Below are positions 21,058-32,938 of a DNA stretch of 64,000 nt, one piece after another (within the stretch, counting starts at the first letter, position 1; each line of letters opens with the position of its first letter). The stretch lies in assembly GCF_000027125.1 (NCBI RefSeq), contig NC_017626.1; one strand, 5' to 3'. The notes beneath the pieces were generated by a model. The model searched no databases, was not told where the DNA came from, and saw nothing but the letters and a program-made list of their open reading frames with translations. A program made the translations under genes and the position numbers. This DNA is from Escherichia coli 042. Its GTDB lineage: Bacteria; Pseudomonadota; Gammaproteobacteria; Enterobacterales; Enterobacteriaceae.

Positions 21058-22824
21058 TTAAATCTCCTCCTGACGATGGGCCAGTAATGTGGCGAATGGG
21101 CCACCAGCCACACTTAATTCCGCGTAACGTCCTTGCTCAATAATCTGACCATCCTGCATTACCCAAATGACATCCCAGTCAGCAAGATCTTCTAACTGGT
21201 GGGTGACCATTAACGTTGTCTGGCGCAGAGAGGCGGCATTAAGCGCCTCCATTACGCGCTGTTCACTGTGAGCATCAAGGCTGGCAGCGGGTTCATCCAA
21301 CAGTAATAGCGAACAGGGATTTAGTAATGCTCGGGCCACCGCCACGCGCTGTGCCTGCCCCACGGAAAGGCGGGCAGCCTGGTCGCCAACAGGCGTATCA
21401 ACGCCTTGTGGCAGGAGCGGTAGAAACTCACTGACCCAGGCGTTATCCAGCGCTGTTTGTAACTCGTGTTCGCTGGCATCAGGTCGTGCCAGTAGTACGT
21501 TATCCCGTAGTGTTGCTGCCGGTAATTGTGGGTTTTGCCCAACCCAGGAGAGATGTTTACGCCATGATTCCGGTGATAAATCGCGTAATTCTATCCCGTT
21601 GATTCGTAGCGATCCCTGATATGAGAGAAAACCAGAAAGCGCGTTCAGCAGTGAGCTTTTACCTGAACCGCTGCGACCAACCAACACTGCACGTTGGCCT
21701 GCTGGCAAAGTAAAGTTCAGCGGTCCAGCCAGCGTTTTACCTTCTGGTGATGTAATAAACAGATCCTCGGCTTCAATGGTCACCGGATCGGTTGATGCTA
21801 ATTCCGCCTCACCACGTTGCGGATGGGCGAGCGGGGTTTCCATAAACGTTTTCAGACTGTCAGCTGCGCCAACAGCCTGGGCTTTAGCATGATAAAACGT
21901 ACCGAGATCGCGTAATGGCTGGAAAAACTCCGGCGCAAGGATCAGGGCCAGAAAACCCGCAGCCAGCGTCACGCCAGTATCATAGTGACCAAAATCCAGC
22001 TCGCCGAGATAGGAAAAACCAAAGTAGACCGCCACCAGAGCAATTGACAGCGAGGTAAAAAATTCGAGAATGCCGGAGGATAAAAACGCCAGCCGTAGCA
22101 CTTCCATTGTCCGTTGGCGGAAATCTTCCGAAGCAGAACGAATACTTTCAATTTCAGCTTCACCACGACCAAAAATACGCAATGTTTCCATGCCGCGCAG
22201 GCGATCGAGAAAATGCCCACTTAAGCGAGCAAGAGCGAGAAAGTTACGTCGGTTAGCATCGGCAGCCCCCATTCCAACCAGCGCCATAAACAACGGAATT
22301 AACGGAGCAGTGCCCAGCAGAATGAGCGCCGCAGCCCAGTTAGAGGGGAAGATAGCCACCACAATCAGCAACGGCACCGACACTGCCAGCGCCATTTGCG
22401 GCAGGTAGCGTGCATAGTAATCATGCATATCGTCAATTTGCTCGAGTACCAGCGTCGCCCAGCTCCCCGCCGGTTTACCCTGAATCCACGCTGGCCCTGC
22501 TTGTTGCAGACGGTCGAGAACCTGACGGCGGATGGCAAAGCGGATATGCTGCCCGGCGTGATAACCCACCCGTTCGCGTAACCAGACCACCCATGCGCGC
22601 AGTACAAAGGTCAGAACCAGTAACGTAAAGGGAAGCAGCAGGGCTTCACGGGGAATATTCTCCATAATCATATGTTGCAGAATTCGCGCCATGAACCAGG
22701 CCTGGGCAATGATCAATATGCCGCTCACAAAGCCCAGCAGACGAGAAATATTCAGCCAACGTTGGGAGATGACGCTTTGCTGTTTTAACCAGCGGGTTAA
22801 CTCTTTTTGACGGGATTTATTCAT
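21058..22824 (-). CDS. cydD: Cysteine/glutathione ABC exporter subunit CydD
   Basis: 588 aa; TMD plus ABC ATPase (GRSGSGKSS; LSVGQAQRVAVARA); stop abuts the cydC start. Confidence 0.93.
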   Translation of the reverse strand: MNKSRQKELTRWLKQQSVISQRWLNISRLLGFVSGILIIAQAWFMARILQHMIMENIPREALLLPFTLLVLTFVLRAWVVWLRERVGYHAGQHIRFAIRRQVLDRLQQAGPAWIQGKPAGSWATLVLEQIDDMHDYYARYLPQMALAVSVPLLIVVAIFPSNWAAALILLGTAPLIPLFMALVGMGAADANRRNFLALARLSGHFLDRLRGMETLRIFGRGEAEIESIRSASEDFRQRTMEVLRLAFLSSGILEFFTSLSIALVAVYFGFSYLGELDFGHYDTGVTLAAGFLALILAPEFFQPLRDLGTFYHAKAQAVGAADSLKTFMETPLAHPQRGEAELASTDPVTIEAEDLFITSPEGKTLAGPLNFTLPAGQRAVLVGRSGSGKSSLLNALSGFLSYQGSLRINGIELRDLSPESWRKHLSWVGQNPQLPAATLRDNVLLARPDASEHELQTALDNAWVSEFLPLLPQGVDTPVGDQAARLSVGQAQRVAVARALLNPCSLLLLDEPAASLDAHSEQRVMEALNAASLRQTTLMVTHQLEDLADWDVIWVMQDGQIIEQGRYAELSVAGGPFATLLAHRQEEI

Positions 22825-22870
22825 TGCACGCTTAGCAGGTGAGTTATCAGAATTATTTGCAGAGCAATGT

Positions 22871-22909
22871 TACAACGAGGAAAAAATAAAGGCGACCCAT
22901 AGTCGCATG
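22871..22909 (-). terminator. Probable rho-independent terminator of trxB
   Basis: Stem aaggcgac/gtcgcctt (22879-22886 and 22902-22909); minus strand then reads tatttttt. Confidence 0.55.
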
Positions 22910-22946
22910 GTGTCGCCTTCTTTACTTTTGTTACTGATTTGTAAAA

Positions 22947-24029
<1,083 letters not shown>

Positions 24030-24457
24030 TCAAATTCTCCCGTCATTATCACCTCTGCTACTTAAATTTCCCGCTTTATAAGCCAATTAAATGATGAATA
24101 AACGCCTCTGGTAATGAATATCTGGCATGTTGTACTAAAAATCGATGTTTTGCTTTGACAATCCCCTGGTGTTTTGCGAAAACATTCGAGGAAGAAAAAA
24201 AAACAGTATTCTTATATGCGCATAACCATGCATGTAAATACCATGTTTACCGTGCTAGTGAAATCTACGTATGGCGTGGACAGACGCCATTCGTGATGTC
24301 GATAGCTGCCACAAGGCAACGGTCTTCTCACCGTAGACCCAGGCATTGCGCGCCGTGAATCTTCATGATTTCGGTCTATCGTGACGGGTAGCGACTCTGA
24401 ACAGTGATGTTTCAGGGTCAGACAGGAGTAGGGAAGGAATACAGAGAGACAATAATA

Positions 24458-24952
24458 ATGGTAGATAGCAAGAAGCGCCCTGGCAAAGATCTCGACCGTA
24501 TCGATCGTAACATTCTTAATGAGTTGCAAAAGGATGGGCGTATTTCTAACGTCGAGCTTTCTAAACGTGTGGGACTTTCCCCAACGCCGTGCCTTGAGCG
24601 TGTGCGTCGGCTGGAAAGACAAGGGTTTATTCAGGGCTATACGGCGCTGCTGAACCCCCATTATCTGGATGCATCACTTCTGGTATTCGTTGAGATTACT
24701 CTGAATCGTGGCGCACCGGATGTGTTTGAACAATTCAATACCGCTGTACAAAAACTTGAAGAAATTCAGGAGTGTCATTTAGTATCCGGTGATTTCGACT
24801 ACCTGTTGAAAACACGCGTGCCGGATATGTCAGCTTACCGTAAGTTGCTGGGGGAAACCCTGCTGCGTCTGCCTGGCGTCAATGACACACGGACATACGT
24901 TGTTATGGAAGAAGTCAAGCAGAGTAATCGTCTGGTTATTAAGACGCGCTAA
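24458..24952 (+). CDS. lrp: Leucine-responsive regulatory protein (AsnC/Lrp family global regulator)
   Basis: Start refined to MVDSKKRPGKDLDRIDRNILNELQKDGRISNVELSKRVGLSPTPCLERVRRLERQGFIQGY... (164 aa). Confidence 0.96.
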   Translation: MVDSKKRPGKDLDRIDRNILNELQKDGRISNVELSKRVGLSPTPCLERVRRLERQGFIQGYTALLNPHYLDASLLVFVEITLNRGAPDVFEQFNTAVQKLEEIQECHLVSGDFDYLLKTRVPDMSAYRKLLGETLLRLPGVNDTRTYVVMEEVKQSNRLVIKTR

Positions 24953-24990
24953 CACGGAACAGGTGCAAAATCGGCGTATTTTGATTACAC

Positions 24991-25010
24991 TCCTGTTAAT
25001 CCATACAGCA
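24991..25010 (+). promoter_or_regulatory. LexA (SOS) box upstream of ftsK
   Basis: tcCTGTtaatccatACAGca fits CTGT-N8-ACAG about 80 bp upstream of the ftsK start; ftsK is known to have an SOS-inducible (dinH) promoter. Confidence 0.6.
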
Positions 25011-25086
25011 ACAGTACTGGGGTAACCTGGTACTGTTGTCCGTTTTAGCATCGGGCAGGAAAAGCCTGTAACCTGGAGAGCCTTTC

Positions 25087-28000
25087 TTGAGCCAGGAATA
25101 CACTGAAGACAAAGAAGTCACATTGACAAAGTTAAGTAGCGGCCGCCGCCTTCTGGAGGCGTTGCTGATCCTTATTGTCCTGTTTGCCGTCTGGTTGATG
25201 GCTGCCTTACTAAGCTTTAACCCTTCGGACCCCAGCTGGTCGCAAACGGCCTGGCATGAACCTATCCATAATTTAGGTGGGATGCCCGGTGCGTGGCTGG
25301 CAGATACGCTGTTCTTTATTTTTGGCGTGATGGCTTACACCATTCCCGTCATTATTGTCGGCGGTTGTTGGTTTGCCTGGCGTCATCAGTCCAGCGACGA
25401 ATACATTGATTATTTTGCCGTTTCGCTACGCATCATTGGCGTTTTGGCGCTCATCCTTACCTCCTGTGGTCTGGCGGCAATCAACGCTGACGATATCTGG
25501 TATTTTGCCTCCGGTGGCGTCATTGGCAGCTTACTAAGCACTACGCTACAACCACTGCTACACAGTAGCGGGGGAACTATTGCGCTGCTCTGCGTTTGGG
25601 CAGCGGGCCTGACGCTGTTCACCGGTTGGTCATGGGTGACCATTGCTGAAAAACTCGGCGGCTGGATTTTAAATATTCTTACCTTCGCCAGTAATCGTAC
25701 CCGTCGCGATGATACCTGGGTCGATGAAGATGAGTATGAAGATGACGAAGAGTATGAAGATGAAAATCACGGCAAACAGCATGAATCACGCCGTGCTCGT
25801 ATTCTTCGCGGCGCGCTAGCGCGTCGTAAACGGTTGGCGGAAAAATTCATTAATCCGATGGGGCGGCAAACAGACGCTGCGTTGTTCTCCGGTAAGCGGA
25901 TGGATGATGACGAAGAGATTACCTACACTGCACGCGGTGTGGCTGCCGACCCTGACGACGTCCTCTTTTCGGGCAATCGTGCAACGCAGCCAGAATATGA
26001 CGAGTACGATCCATTATTAAACGGTGCGCCAATTACCGAACCTGTTGCTGTAGCAGCTGCTGCTACCACGGCGACGCAAAGCTGGGCTGCACCGGTTGAA
26101 CCTGTGACTCAGACGCCATCTGTTGCCTCTGTTGATGTTGCACCTGCACAACCTACAGTAGCCTGGCAGCCTGTACCGGGGCCACAAACGGGAGAGCCGG
26201 TGATTGCTCCTGCACCGGAAGGTTACCCACAGCAGCCACAATATGCGCAGCCTGCAGTGCAATATAATGAGCCGCTGCAACAACCTGTACAGCCACAGCA
26301 GCCGTATTATGCGCCTGCGGCGGAACAACCTGTTCAGCAACCGTATTACGCAACTGCGCCGGAACAGTCTGCGCAACAGTCGTATTACGCCCCTGCGCCA
26401 GAACAATCGGTGGCAGGTAACGCCTGGCAAGCCGAAGAGCAGCAATCCACTTTTGCTCCACAGTCTACATACCAGACTGAGCAAACTTATCAGCAGCCAG
26501 TCGCTCAGGAGCCGTTGTACCAACAGCCGCAACCTGTTGAACAGCAGCCTGTTGTGGAGCCTGAACCCGTTGTAGAAGAGACAAAACCCGCGCGTCCGCC
26601 GCTTTACTACTTTGAAGAAGTGGAAGAGAAGCGAGCCCGTGAACGTGAACAACTTGCGGCCTGGTATCAACCGATTCCAGAACCGGTTAAAGAACCAGAA
26701 CCGATCAAATCTTCGCTGAAAGCACCTTCTGTTGCAGCAGTACCTCCAGTAGAAGCCGCTGCCGCTGTTTCTCCGCTGGCATCTGGCGTGAAAAAAGCGA
26801 CACTGGCGACGGGGGCTGCCGCAACCGTTGCCGCGCCAGTCTTCAGTCTGGCAAATAGCGGTGGACCGCGTCCGCAGGTCAAAGAGGGGATTGGCCCGCA
26901 GTTGCCACGACCGAAACGTATCCGCGTGCCAACTCGTCGTGAATTGGCGTCTTACGGTATTAAGCTGCCCTCACAGCGTGCGGCGGAAGAAAAAGCCCGT
27001 GAAGCCCAGCGCAATCAGTACGATTCTGGCGATCAGTACAACGATGATGAAATCGATGCGATGCAGCAGGATGAACTGGCACGTCAGTTCGCCCAGACAC
27101 AGCAGCAACGCTATGGCGAACAGTATCAACATGATGTGCCCGTAAACGCAGAAGATGCAGATGCTGCGGCAGAGGCTGAACTGGCTCGTCAGTTTGCGCA
27201 AACTCAACAACAACGTTATTCCGGCGAACAACCGGCTGGGGCGAATCCGTTCTCGCTGGATGATTTTGAATTTTCGCCAATGAAAGCGTTGCTGGATGAT
27301 GGTCCACACGAACCGTTGTTTACGCCAATTGTTGAACCTGTACAGCAGCCGCAACAACCGGTTGCACCGCAGCAGCAGTATCAGCAGCCACAACAGCCGG
27401 TTGCGCCACAGCAGCAATATCAGCAGCCGCAACAGCCGGTTGCGCCGCAGCAGCAGTATCAGCAGCCACAACAGCAGGTTGCGCCGCAGCCACAATATCA
27501 GCAGCCGCAACAACCGGTTGCGCCACAGCAGCAATATCAGCAGCCGCAACAGCCGGTTGCGCCGCAGCAGCAGTATCAACAGCTGCAACAACCGGTTGCA
27601 CCGCAGCCGCAGTATCAGCAGCCACAACAGCCAGTTGCGCCACAGCCGCAGGATACCCTGCTTCATCCGCTGTTGATGCGCAATGGTGACAGCCGTCCGT
27701 TGCATAAACCGACGACGCCGCTGCCTTCTCTGGATTTGCTGACGCCGCCGCCGAGCGAAGTGGAGCCGGTAGATACCTTTGCGCTTGAACAAATGGCGCG
27801 CCTGGTGGAAGCGCGTCTGGCTGATTTCCGTATTAAAGCCGATGTCGTCAATTATTCTCCGGGGCCGGTTATCACTCGCTTTGAATTGAACCTGGCACCG
27901 GGCGTAAAAGCGGCGCGTATTTCTAACTTGTCACGTGACCTTGCCCGTTCACTTTCGACGGTGGCGGTGCGTGTCGTTGAAGTTATTCCTGGCAAACCCT

Positions 28001-29193
28001 ATGTAGGTCTGGAGTTACCGAATAAAAAACGACAAACCGTATATCTGCGCGAAGTTTTGGATAACGCCAAATTCCGCGATAATCCGTCGCCATTAACCGT
28101 GGTACTGGGTAAAGATATCGCCGGTGAGCCGGTGGTTGCCGATCTGGCGAAAATGCCGCACTTGTTGGTTGCGGGGACTACCGGTTCCGGTAAGTCTGTC
28201 GGTGTGAACGCGATGATCCTGAGCATGCTTTATAAAGCACAGCCAGAAGATGTGCGTTTCATCATGATCGACCCGAAAATGCTGGAGCTTTCGGTTTATG
28301 AAGGCATTCCGCATCTGTTAACGGAAGTCGTTACCGACATGAAAGATGCTGCCAACGCTTTGCGCTGGTGCGTAAATGAAATGGAACGTCGTTATAAGCT
28401 GATGTCCGCCCTAGGTGTGCGTAATCTGGCGGGTTATAACGAAAAAATTGCTGAAGCCGATCGCATGATGCGTCCGATTCCAGACCCGTACTGGAAGCCG
28501 GGTGACAGTATGGACGCCCAGCATCCGGTGCTGAAAAAAGAACCATACATTGTGGTTTTGGTGGACGAATTTGCCGACCTGATGATGACCGTAGGTAAAA
28601 AAGTGGAAGAGCTGATAGCACGTCTGGCGCAAAAAGCCCGTGCCGCGGGTATCCACCTCGTACTGGCAACTCAGCGTCCATCGGTTGATGTTATTACTGG
28701 TCTGATTAAAGCGAATATTCCGACCCGTATCGCCTTTACCGTATCCAGTAAGATTGACTCACGTACCATTCTTGATCAGGCTGGTGCGGAATCACTGCTG
28801 GGTATGGGGGATATGCTCTACTCTGGGCCGAACTCCACGTTGCCGGTACGTGTCCATGGTGCTTTTGTTCGCGATCAGGAAGTTCATGCCGTGGTGCAGG
28901 ACTGGAAAGCGCGTGGTCGCCCACAGTATGTTGATGGCATCACCTCCGACAGCGAAAGCGAAGGTGGCGCGGGCGGTTTCGATGGCGCTGAAGAGCTGGA
29001 TCCGTTGTTCGATCAGGCGGTGCAGTTTGTCACTGAAAAACGCAAAGCATCAATTTCTGGCGTACAGCGTCAGTTCCGCATTGGTTATAACCGTGCAGCG
29101 CGTATTATCGAACAGATGGAAGCGCAGGGGATTGTCAGCGAACAGGGGCACAACGGTAATCGTGAAGTGCTGGCCCCACCGCCGTTTGACTAA
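25087..29193 (+). CDS. ftsK: DNA translocase FtsK (N-terminal membrane domain, Pro/Gln-rich linker, C-terminal RecA-like motor with gamma domain)
   Basis: 1368-aa [54 protein letters not shown]...; Walker A GTTGSGKS in the motor; long PQQ-repeat linker. Confidence 0.96.
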   Translation: MSQEYTEDKEVTLTKLSSGRRLLEALLILIVLFAVWLMAALLSFNPSDPSWSQTAWHEPIHNLGGMPGAWLADTLFFIFGVMAYTIPVIIVGGCWFAWRHQSSDEYIDYFAVSLRIIGVLALILTSCGLAAINADDIWYFASGGVIGSLLSTTLQPLLHSSGGTIALLCVWAAGLTLFTGWSWVTIAEKLGGWILNILTFASNRTRRDDTWVDEDEYEDDEEYEDENHGKQHESRRARILRGALARRKRLAEKFINPMGRQTDAALFSGKRMDDDEEITYTARGVAADPDDVLFSGNRATQPEYDEYDPLLNGAPITEPVAVAAAATTATQSWAAPVEPVTQTPSVASVDVAPAQPTVAWQPVPGPQTGEPVIAPAPEGYPQQPQYAQPAVQYNEPLQQPVQPQQPYYAPAAEQPVQQPYYATAPEQSAQQSYYAPAPEQSVAGNAWQAEEQQSTFAPQSTYQTEQTYQQPVAQEPLYQQPQPVEQQPVVEPEPVVEETKPARPPLYYFEEVEEKRAREREQLAAWYQPIPEPVKEPEPIKSSLKAPSVAAVPPVEAAAAVSPLASGVKKATLATGAAATVAAPVFSLANSGGPRPQVKEGIGPQLPRPKRIRVPTRRELASYGIKLPSQRAAEEKAREAQRNQYDSGDQYNDDEIDAMQQDELARQFAQTQQQRYGEQYQHDVPVNAEDADAAAEAELARQFAQTQQQRYSGEQPAGANPFSLDDFEFSPMKALLDDGPHEPLFTPIVEPVQQPQQPVAPQQQYQQPQQPVAPQQQYQQPQQPVAPQQQYQQPQQQVAPQPQYQQPQQPVAPQQQYQQPQQPVAPQQQYQQLQQPVAPQPQYQQPQQPVAPQPQDTLLHPLLMRNGDSRPLHKPTTPLPSLDLLTPPPSEVEPVDTFALEQMARLVEARLADFRIKADVVNYSPGPVITRFELNLAPGVKAARISNLSRDLARSLSTVAVRVVEVIPGKPYVGLELPNKKRQTVYLREVLDNAKFRDNPSPLTVVLGKDIAGEPVVADLAKMPHLLVAGTTGSGKSVGVNAMILSMLYKAQPEDVRFIMIDPKMLELSVYEGIPHLLTEVVTDMKDAANALRWCVNEMERRYKLMSALGVRNLAGYNEKIAEADRMMRPIPDPYWKPGDSMDAQHPVLKKEPYIVVLVDEFADLMMTVGKKVEELIARLAQKARAAGIHLVLATQRPSVDVITGLIKANIPTRIAFTVSSKIDSRTILDQAGAESLLGMGDMLYSGPNSTLPVRVHGAFVRDQEVHAVVQDWKARGRPQYVDGITSDSESEGGAGGFDGAEELDPLFDQAVQFVTEKRKASISGVQRQFRIGYNRAARIIEQMEAQGIVSEQGHNGNREVLAPPPFD
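27343..27650 (+). repeat. Tandem 39-bp in-frame repeats in the ftsK linker (about 8 units encoding [13 protein letters not shown])
   Basis: Near-identical units cagcagccgcaacagccggttgcgccgcagcagcagtat repeated head-to-tail; it also generates spurious reverse-strand ORFs. Confidence 0.9.
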
Positions 29194-29203
29194 TTAATGC
29201 ATC

Positions 29204-29239
29204 GTAGGCCGGATAAGGCTCGGTAGCGTCGCATCCGGC
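29204..29239. repeat. REP (palindromic unit) element between ftsK and lolA
   Basis: GTAGGCCGGATAAGGCTCGGTAGCGTCGCATCCGGC matches the canonical REP consensus (GCCGGATAAGGCG...CGCATCCGGC). Confidence 0.8.
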
Positions 29240-29351
29240 ACTCTAACAACTGAAAATTCAGTATTTTCTTCTTTCCTCAAGCTGATTATTAGCCTGGAAT
29301 AGAGAGTAGAGGGAACTCCCGATCGGGAGTGACGTAATTTGAGGAATAATG

Positions 29352-29963
29352 ATGAAAAAAATTGCCATCACCTGTGCATTACTCTCAAGCTTAGTAGCAA
29401 GCAGCGTTTGGGCTGATGCCGCAAGCGATCTTAAAAGCCGCCTGGATAAAGTCAGCAGCTTCCACGCCAGCTTCACACAAAAAGTGACTGACGGTAGCGG
29501 CGCGGCGGTGCAGGAAGGCCAGGGCGATCTGTGGGTGAAACGTCCAAACTTATTCAACTGGCATATGACTCAACCTGATGAAAGCATTCTGGTTTCTGAC
29601 GGTAAAACACTGTGGTTCTATAACCCGTTCGTTGAGCAAGCTACGGCAACCTGGCTGAAAGATGCCACCGGTAATACGCCGTTTATGCTGATTGCCCGCA
29701 ACCAGTCCAGCGACTGGCAGCAGTACAATATCAAACAGAATGGCGATGACTTTGTCCTGACGCCGAAAGCCAGCAATGGCAATCTGAAGCAGTTCACCAT
29801 TAACGTGGGACGTGATGGCACAATCCATCAGTTTAGCGCGGTGGAGCAGGACGATCAGCGCAGCAGTTATCAGCTGAAATCCCAGCAAAATGGGACTGTG
29901 GATGCAGCGAAATTTACCTTCACCCCGCCGCAAGGCGTAACGGTAGATGATCAACGTAAGTAG
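29352..29963 (+). CDS. lolA: Periplasmic lipoprotein chaperone LolA
   Basis: [45 protein letters not shown]...; signal peptide; RBS gagg 7 nt upstream. Confidence 0.93.
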   Translation: MKKIAITCALLSSLVASSVWADAASDLKSRLDKVSSFHASFTQKVTDGSGAAVQEGQGDLWVKRPNLFNWHMTQPDESILVSDGKTLWFYNPFVEQATATWLKDATGNTPFMLIARNQSSDWQQYNIKQNGDDFVLTPKASNGNLKQFTINVGRDGTIHQFSAVEQDDQRSSYQLKSQQNGTVDAAKFTFTPPQGVTVDDQRK

Positions 29964-29973
29964 AGGCACCTGA

Positions 29974-31317
29974 GTGAGCAATCTGTCGCTCGATTTTTCG
30001 GATAATACTTTTCAACCTCTGGCCGCGCGTATGCGGCCAGAAAATTTAGCACAGTATATCGGCCAGCAACATTTGTTGGCTGCGGGGAAGCCGTTGCCGC
30101 GTGCTATCGAAGCCGGGCATTTGCATTCTATGATCCTCTGGGGGCCACCGGGTACCGGCAAAACAACCCTCGCTGAAGTGATTGCCCGCTATGCGAACGC
30201 TGATGTGGAACGTATTTCTGCCGTTACTTCTGGCGTGAAAGAGATTCGCGAGGCGATCGAGCGCGCTCGGCAAAACCGCAATGCTGGTCGCCGCACTATT
30301 CTTTTTGTTGACGAAGTTCACCGATTCAACAAAAGCCAGCAGGATGCATTTCTGCCACATATTGAAGACGGCACCATCACTTTTATTGGCGCAACCACTG
30401 AAAACCCGTCGTTTGAACTTAACTCGGCACTGCTTTCCCGTGCCCGTGTCTATCTGCTGAAATCCCTGAGTACAGAGGATATTGAGCAGGTGCTTACTCA
30501 GGCGATGGAAGACAAAACCCGTGGCTATGGTGGTCAGGATATAGTTCTGCCAGATGAAACGCGACGCGCCATTGCTGAACTGGTGAATGGCGACGCGCGC
30601 CGGGCGTTAAATACGCTGGAAATGATGGCGGATATGGCCGAAGTCGATGATAGCGGTAAGCGGGTCCTGAAGCCTGAATTACTGACCGAAATCGCCGGTG
30701 AACGTAGCGCCCGCTTTGATAACAAAGGCGATCGCTTTTACGATCTCATTTCCGCACTGCATAAGTCGGTACGTGGTAGCGCACCCGATGCGGCGCTGTA
30801 CTGGTATGCGCGAATTATTACTGCCGGTGGCGATCCGTTATATGTCGCGCGTCGCTGTCTGGCGATAGCGTCGGAAGATGTGGGTAATGCTGATCCACGA
30901 GCGATGCAGGTGGCAATTGCGGCCTGGGATTGCTTTACCCGAGTTGGCCCGGCGGAAGGAGAACGCGCCATTGCTCAGGCGATTGTTTACCTGGCCTGCG
31001 CGCCAAAAAGCAACGCTGTCTACACTGCGTTTAAAGCCGCGCTGGCGGATGCTCGCGAACGTCCGGATTATGACGTGCCGGTTCATTTGCGTAATGCGCC
31101 GACGAAATTAATGAAGGAAATGGGCTACGGGCAGGAATATCGTTACGCTCATGATGAAGCAAACGCTTATGCTGCCGGTGAGGTTTACTTCCCGCCGGAA
31201 ATAGCACAAACACGCTATTATTTCCCGACAAACAGGGGCCTTGAAGGCAAGATTGGCGAAAAGCTCGCCTGGCTGGCTGAACAGGATCAAAATAGCCCCA
31301 TAAAACGCTACCGTTAA
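29974..31317 (+). CDS. rarA: Replication-associated recombination protein A (MgsA/RarA AAA+ ATPase)
   Basis: GTG start; [41 protein letters not shown]...; Walker [10 protein letters not shown]; 447 aa. Confidence 0.92.
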
Positions 31318-31386
31318 TGTTATCGTTGCGGTAATGTTGTTACTGTATCCCTGTGGTCGCAGGCTGTGGCCACATCTCCCATTTAA

Positions 31387-32700
<1,314 letters not shown>

Positions 32701-32720
32701 TACCCAATTTTTCTGAATCT

Positions 32721-32747
32721 AAAAAGCGCCTGCGGGCGCTTTTTTTG
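32721..32747 (+). terminator. Rho-independent terminator of serS
   Basis: aaaaagcgcc-tgcg-ggcgct followed by ttttttt; perfect 6-bp GC stem. Confidence 0.85.
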
Positions 32748-32938
32748 TCTCCCTTTGATACCGAACAATAATTACTCCTCACTTACACGTAATACTACTT
32801 TCGAGTGAAAATCTACCTATCTCTTTGATTTTCAAATTATTCGATGTATACAAGCCTATATAGCGACCTGCTATAGAAATAATTACACAATACGGTTTGT
32901 TACTGGAATCAATCGTGAGCAAGCTTGAGTGAGCCATT

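Noticed and set aside
26971-27792. 273-aa reverse-strand ORF and several other ORFs (Arg/Leu/Ser-rich) inside the ftsK linker
   Set aside because: They are generated by the 39-bp tandem repeat of the ftsK Pro/Gln linker; the translations are low-complexity mirror images of the real frame.
32780-32938. Possible FNR box in the dmsA promoter (ttgattttcaaatt and ttgttactggaatcaa)
   Set aside because: Only one half-site matches in each candidate, and I could not align either convincingly to TTGAT-N4-ATCAA. dmsA is known to be FNR-dependent, but I cannot place the site from sequence alone.
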